64,000 nucleotides of DNA from Azolla caroliniana. Lineage: Eukaryota > Plantae > Polypodiophyta. Both the position numbers and the translations under genes were made by a program. A model generated the notes under the pieces. The model ran no database searches. It was given only the letters and a program-made list of their open reading frames with translations, and was not told the origin of the DNA. Location of the stretch: positions 22,630,001-22,694,000 of the forward strand of contig JBHGNT010000002.1 in assembly GCA_043228905.1 (NCBI GenBank), in the 5' to 3' direction. This document shows, piece by piece, positions 57,939 through 64,000 of the stretch. Numbering within the stretch: the stretch's first letter is position 1; each line of letters opens with the position of its first letter.

Positions 57939-60900
57939 ATGCAAGAAACCGTATTGCAATGTTTATTTGAAAAGAAAACACCAGAGAAAGACAGAATAGA
58001 AAAGAAAAAACTTGAAAATGCTTTGAATATGCAAAAAGGCATGCCACCTCAAACATCTGTCAAAAGCCTTTCACAGATATTGCACAAATGTATCGAAGAG
58101 AAGAAAAAGAATGAATTATTTGATGTATTTAGGTTATATTCATATATGAAGAGGGATGGATTGGCCAATCTTGCATCAGTCAGAAGTCATGTAGGCCTGA
58201 TGCTGTTATCCATCCCTAATGGCCAGAAAGTATTCAATGAATTTGTTCATAAAAATGAATATGGATCTTGCTTTGATTCTCTTATTGTAGATCTGATCAA
58301 AGCTCAGGAACGGCGGCATGCTTTGATCTTATATGAGAGGATAGGGATGCAGTCGTTGCATCTTAATGATTATACATTTGTGTCATTATTGAAGGTCTGC
58401 GCTGATTTGCAAGATGAAGAAAAAGGTCACCACATACATGGTGTGGTTAACACTAGTGGTTGTTTGCAAAGAAATATTTTCATTGGCAATGCACTGGTAA
58501 ATATGTATGCCAAATGTGGTGCAATTCATAAAGTGAGAGATATTTTTTATGAGATTCCGTTCCGAGATGTAGTTTCATGGACTACACTTATAGCAGGATT
58601 AATTGATTATAAATATTATTTTGAGGCTCTAGATTGTTTTGAGAAAATGCAATTTGAAGGGATCTTGCCAAATGTTGCCACAATGGCATGTTTGTTAAAA
58701 GCTTGTGGCAACATAGGAGCTATTAATAAGGGCCAAAAACTACATGCTAGTCTTTATGCAAAAGAGCTAGCACAAAAAAATGTAATGGTTGGCAATGCAT
58801 TAGTTGATATGTATGGTAAATGTGGTTTTCTCACAAAAGCCTGTGATTTGTTTGATGAAATGTTGGTCCGAGATGTAGTTTCATGGACCACACTTATTGC
58901 AGGATATGTAACATTTGAACATGGAAATGAAGCAGTGAATTGCTTTGACCAAATGCAACTTGAAGGAGTATCTCCAAATGGGGCAACTTTTGCTTGTACC
59001 TTGAAGGCATGCAGCATTATTGGAGCAAAAGATAAAGGTATAGAAATACATGAAATGATTATTAAGAAGGAATTTTTGCATAAAGACATTGTTATTGGCA
59101 ATGCATTGATGGACATGTATGCCAAATGTGGCTTGCTTACGAAATCACGTAGCATGTTCGAAAATTTTCTGGTTAGAGATGTGGTTGCATGGACCATAGT
59201 GATTGCAAGCTATGCTGAAAATGATCTTTATGAAGAAGCTCTAGCTAGTTTGGAACAGATGCAGTTTGAGGGTATTTCACCCAATGCTTTCACATATGTG
59301 TCCATCTTGAAAGCTTGTGCTGATGTTAGAGCGTTAGACAAGGGTCAGGAAATACATAGTCAGATCTTGGTAAAAGGGCTCTGCACAACACATATTGTTA
59401 GTAGCTCTTTGGTTGATTTGTATAGTGAATGTGGTTCTTTTATTGATGCCAAGGATGTTTTTAATAAGCATACAAATAGAAATGTATCTGCATGGAATGC
59501 TTTGATTTCAGGTTATGTGAAACATGGACAGGCCATACTTGCATTAGACTGCTTTTACGAAATGCAAAATGAAGGACTTTCTCCAAATGTAATTACATTT
59601 ATTTCCACCCTTAAAGCTTGCGGTATAATTGGAAATGTAAACAGGGGTCTAGAATTGCATGCTGAGATTGCTTGTAAAGGACTGTTAGAAAAGAGAGACA
59701 TCTTAATAAGCAATGCATTGTTGAGTATGTATGTAAACTGTGGAGATTTTGCTATGGCACATGAAATCTTTAATAGCCTTCCAGTTCAAGATACCAGTTC
59801 ATGGAATGTATTAATTTCAGGTTTTGTCAATCATGCATATGCCAATGAAGCTCTGCATTACTTCAAGCATATGCATATAAGTGGTGTCTACCCTAATGCT
59901 GTGACTGTTGTATGGAGCCTCAAAGCTTGTGGCCTTCTTAAGGCAATTGATCAGGGCAAAGAAATACATGATGAGATTACTAAGAATGCAGTATTAAAGA
60001 GAGATCATTTTGTTGGTAATGCACTCGTAGAAATGTATGCCAAATGTGGCTTTCTAAGAAAGGCACGAGATGTTTTTGACAATCTTCTGTGTCAAGATAT
60101 GACTTCCTGGAATTCACTTGTTGTGGAATATTCCAGATGGGGCTATAGTGAAGAAGTATTGACTTGTCTTAAACAGATGCAATCCCATGGCATCTCTCCA
60201 GATGCTATTACATTATCTTGTTCTTTAAAAGTGTGCGGTGTTATTGGTAATTTGGAGAAAGGTAAAGGATTGCATGCTGATATTATCAAAGCAGGTTCAT
60301 TTGAACAAGAGTTCGTTGTCGGCAATGCATTAGTTTATATGTATGCACAATGTGGTTCTCTCGCAAAAGCATATGAAATGCTTGAGAAGCTTGCCACACA
60401 AGATGTATATTCATGGACTGCACTAATTACAGGATATATCAAACATAGGAATTATGAGGAAGCATTGAGTTGTTACAATCAGATGCGATTGAAAGGAGTC
60501 TTTCCTAATGCCATCACTTTGTCTTGCTTGCTTGAAGCTTGTGGATGTATTGGTATGGCAGAGAAGGGGAGAAACATACATGCTGAAATCTCTAGCCGAG
60601 GATTTCTGAAAGGAGATATGGTTATTGGAAATGCTCTTGTAGACATGTATGGCAAATGTGGGTTGTTTTCAAAAGCACTAGAAATGTTTAACAATCTCCC
60701 AACTCGAGACACAATTACTTGGACAGTTTTGATTGGAGGGTATGTGAAACATGAGCTTGGTAAGGAAGCACTCCATTGCTATGAGCAAATGCTGGTTGAA
60801 GGATTCGCTCCTGATGTTGCTACATTAGTTATCACTCTTAAAGCTTGTAGTCTTATTGGAGCTTTGATAAGGGGCCTAGAAATACATGAAGAGCTTTCTA

Positions 60901-61520
60901 GAAGAGGGTTTTCAGAAGGAAATCTTAGTATTGGTAATGCATTGATCAATCTTTATGCCAAATGTGGGTCTTTGACAAAGGCACAGGAAATGTTTGAAAA
61001 ACTTATCACTCCTGATATAACATCATGGAATGCGCTTATTGTTGGTTATGTACAAGCTAGAGAAAATGCAATGGTTTTCTTTCTATTTGATAGAATGCGA
61101 AAAGTGAATCAAAAGGCGAATGCCATCACATTCATCAATGTACTTCGTGCATGTAGGCAGGCACATCTGATGGAGAAGGGCATTACATATTTTCAGTTGA
61201 TTAGCAGAGACTATGGAATTATTCCTGTTCTTGAGCATTATACTTGCCTAGTTAGTCTGCTGGGTTGTGCGGGTTACCTAGATAGAGCTCTAACTGTGGT
61301 GGAGAAAATGCCTCTCTATCCTGATAATGCTCTATGGCGTGCCTTGATTGATGGTTGTCAAAGGTGGGGTAGTGTTGAGCTAGGAAGGAAAACCTTTGAA
61401 AATGCACATGGACAACAGGAAATGTATCCTAGAATTAAGAACTCATTTGCAAATTCCAATGAATTTATTTCATTTGTGCATAGAGAAGCATTTTCTATTA
61501 AATGTTCGTTTGGTAATTAA
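57939..61520 (+). CDS. PLS-class pentatricopeptide repeat protein (about 10-11 P-L-S triplets), ending in the E region with no DYW domain
   Basis: Intronless 1193-aa ORF; repeated GNALVDMYAKCG / RDVVSWTTLIAG / PN..TF...LKAC; terminal P.LEHYTCLVSLLGCAG and MP..PD..LWRALI..C motifs, then a divergent tail. Confidence 0.96.
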   Translation: MQETVLQCLFEKKTPEKDRIEKKKLENALNMQKGMPPQTSVKSLSQILHKCIEEKKKNELFDVFRLYSYMKRDGLANLASVRSHVGLMLLSIPNGQKVFNEFVHKNEYGSCFDSLIVDLIKAQERRHALILYERIGMQSLHLNDYTFVSLLKVCADLQDEEKGHHIHGVVNTSGCLQRNIFIGNALVNMYAKCGAIHKVRDIFYEIPFRDVVSWTTLIAGLIDYKYYFEALDCFEKMQFEGILPNVATMACLLKACGNIGAINKGQKLHASLYAKELAQKNVMVGNALVDMYGKCGFLTKACDLFDEMLVRDVVSWTTLIAGYVTFEHGNEAVNCFDQMQLEGVSPNGATFACTLKACSIIGAKDKGIEIHEMIIKKEFLHKDIVIGNALMDMYAKCGLLTKSRSMFENFLVRDVVAWTIVIASYAENDLYEEALASLEQMQFEGISPNAFTYVSILKACADVRALDKGQEIHSQILVKGLCTTHIVSSSLVDLYSECGSFIDAKDVFNKHTNRNVSAWNALISGYVKHGQAILALDCFYEMQNEGLSPNVITFISTLKACGIIGNVNRGLELHAEIACKGLLEKRDILISNALLSMYVNCGDFAMAHEIFNSLPVQDTSSWNVLISGFVNHAYANEALHYFKHMHISGVYPNAVTVVWSLKACGLLKAIDQGKEIHDEITKNAVLKRDHFVGNALVEMYAKCGFLRKARDVFDNLLCQDMTSWNSLVVEYSRWGYSEEVLTCLKQMQSHGISPDAITLSCSLKVCGVIGNLEKGKGLHADIIKAGSFEQEFVVGNALVYMYAQCGSLAKAYEMLEKLATQDVYSWTALITGYIKHRNYEEALSCYNQMRLKGVFPNAITLSCLLEACGCIGMAEKGRNIHAEISSRGFLKGDMVIGNALVDMYGKCGLFSKALEMFNNLPTRDTITWTVLIGGYVKHELGKEALHCYEQMLVEGFAPDVATLVITLKACSLIGALIRGLEIHEELSRRGFSEGNLSIGNALINLYAKCGSLTKAQEMFEKLITPDITSWNALIVGYVQARENAMVFFLFDRMRKVNQKANAITFINVLRACRQAHLMEKGITYFQLISRDYGIIPVLEHYTCLVSLLGCAGYLDRALTVVEKMPLYPDNALWRALIDGCQRWGSVELGRKTFENAHGQQEMYPRIKNSFANSNEFISFVHREAFSIKCSFGN

Positions 61521-61929
61521 AAATCCATGAGAGATCTAAAATAGAAAATAAGTAAAAGGCATCATTTTGCTGGAATATTTTACATGAACAAGAGTCGAAG
61601 TTTGTGTAATCACTCTTAATCAATTAATATTAACTATTAATGAAAAACATGGGAAAGGAAGAAACGAGCACAATTAATAACATTAGGCGAGTTGTCTCTA
61701 TTAAGTTACTATCAACCCAAAAACTAAATATGGAAGTTTAAGTTTTGGGTCTTGCAAAGAGAAGATTACGGCTAGAATTATAGCTTATTAGAAAAAGACT
61801 AGGATTAGGAGGTCTAAGCTCTAGCTCAAGTCTCTAAAATGTTTGGAAGAACAATAAAAGACTTATAGAAGTGCCTTTTATAGCTTTACATTATCCTAAT
61901 GCACCTTCACATTTGTCATTGATTTCCAA

Positions 61930-62760
61930 GTCATACTTTCTCTTGTCCTTTTCTTCATTCCTTTGTGCCTTTTCTTCACATTAAAGTGTCCACAATGGTT
62001 TGGAGAGTGAAATGTGGGCAGTGTGTCTCGACTCTCACCTAATCTCAATGGAAGCAAAAGAATCACATAATCTTTTTATTTTCAAGTTGTTATCGATAGG
62101 CATCCTCCCCTTGTTACATCCCTTTCAATTCTTGTCTTAGTTGAAGCTAGTAGGGATGCATGTTTGTGGAGAGCAACTTCAAAAGATGTCCTCACACCTC
62201 CTTTGGCATTTTTGCATCTTGATTGTAAGCTAGCATATGATTGTGCATACACAATCCTAGGTTATACATAGCATAACTCGTCTCTTGTGGCCATCCCACA
62301 AAGTTGGCATGTTGTGACTTAGGTAGCACCAATACCCATGTACAAAAAAGTATTGTATCATCTTGTAATTCCAAATTCTAAAGGTTCTAATTGAGCTTTT
62401 CACTAATGAGTGGGCTTCCCATTTGCATATTCATATTTCATATTGCTTTTCTTCCTATTCTCCCATTCTCAACATACTAACGTGCAATGGTGTTCTTCCA
62501 CCTCGTCTATAGCCTCATTACAAAGCTTTGGTCGATCCTCAAGTCAACACAAGCAAATTCATTGGGAAGACGCGATTCATCTTGTCTGCACAAAAACATG
62601 TGATGATGTTCTTCCACCCACACTGTTTTGTAGCCTCACTATAAAGCTTCGAGTCAATGCAAGGAAATTGGTTCTTCTTGAATTACGACATCAATCACAA
62701 CATCAAAGAAGCAAATGGGCTATAAAGATCATGTGATGATGCTCCAATCCCATGTACATC
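61930..62760 (-). mobile_element. Possible very decayed retrotransposon gag-like remnant
   Basis: Fragmentary coding-like composition only; no unambiguous motif. Confidence 0.2.
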
Positions 62761-64000
62761 GTAAAGATATTGAACTCAAGAAGCAACGAAATAGTGATAT
62801 GTAGAATGTGTGTGTATTTGTGTGTGAGAGATAAGAAGAGATAAAGATAAAGATAGAGAATGTATGTTTAAGCAAGTTGGGGTTAAACATAAGTTACTCT
62901 TAAACTATACTTAACCCATTACAAGAGAGGACTGGGATGCTTTATAGTTTAGATACTTACTCTTTCACTACCTTCCCAATAGGTGTCAAATTAGAAGGGA
63001 ATGAAATACATAATATCCTTTTTCCCATTAACTATTTATGGCAAGATTGACAATGCTAGTTTATTCTTGATGATAATGGACTTTAATACACATGGTTGCA
63101 TGGTGCACCCACCACACATGTTCACATGTTGGGCATAGTTGAGTTTCATTCTCAATAGGAAGCACTATAACATATAAGTGAGTAATAATACATTGCTAAC
63201 AAGAGAGAAGAATTTGGTCACTTGGTTCGAGCATAAATATTATGTAACACAATATTACATACCCTCAAGATGAAGGTAGTGACCATTCTTAAGTCAAGGT
63301 TTGATGGGATCCTAATTGAGACATTGTCAAGGCAAGAGACTCAGGATTTGCTCAAATTTTCTAATACACTTTAATTGCTTTCTTCCTCTAGTTAATCTTT
63401 AGATTATGAAGTTCGAACCAAGGTAGACAAAAAACAATTGGATTCTTGGGATTACAAATAATGTAGATAGAAATATTCAACCGCATGAATTAGTTCAAAA
63501 TCTTCAACCACATCTTGTGATGTAGCCTAACCTCCATCAATGATTCCCACAAACACTAGACTTGCGAGCTTATTCAAGAGGATGTTTTTTATTAACAAGA
63601 ATTCACAATCCATGAAACAAGAGTTGGCTCCTTAAAGAGAGGAGAGACAAGGACTAGCGACACCTAGATGTAATAAGCTCAACTTGTGTACAGAAACTCT
63701 ACTAACTTGATTCAATGAAATGAAATTAATCATGGAAACCGATTCTACATATTCTAAATTTTCCAACAAAATGGATCTAATTTTGGTTGGACTTACTCAT
63801 TCAACTTGACTAATTGATGAACTAGAAATAGGATTATCATGGCACTTGGTTCACTTTATATCGTAATCTATATGTGGATAATTAATTGTTATGCATTAGT
63901 TGAGCATTAGTTTGGATGCACCCAAATCACCAGACACACTTCATTGTGATATATGACTTTGGTTCCTAGGGAAGATTGAAGAGAATATGCAGAATAATGC

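Noticed and set aside
58754-60712. Minus-strand ORFs within the PPR
   Set aside because: Antisense shadows of repetitive PPR codons.

Overview
Eukaryotic, AT-rich land-plant nuclear DNA. It is probably a fern, inferred from the very long intronless PLS-PPR and the dense (GA)n/(CA)n tracts. Five host genes: the last exon of a GNAT acetyltransferase (3753-3916, +), a 7-exon mTERF gene (6405-10898, +), an intronless acidic Ser-rich 402-aa protein of unknown function (22617-23825, -), a 7-exon plastid-type UMP kinase (pyrH/PUMPKIN-like, 45356-55122, -) and an intronless PLS-class PPR without a DYW domain (57939-61520, +). Transposons: an apparently intact Ty1/copia running off the left edge inside the GNAT intron, a full-length but stop-disrupted Tork/Tnt1-like copia in UMP kinase intron 1 (533-bp LTRs, TATAC TSD), a truncated copia, two hAT MITEs of one family (8-bp TSDs), a Mutator-like foldback MITE, and decayed RTE, L1 and gypsy remnants. 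I found no clear novel multi-gene system. The best leads are tandem duplications that copy splice sites in two genes (one gives an in-frame alternative donor), a repeat-expanded acidic mTERF N-terminus, the orphan 402-aa gene with a distal ABRE/G-box island, and decayed copies of the PPR 5' end.
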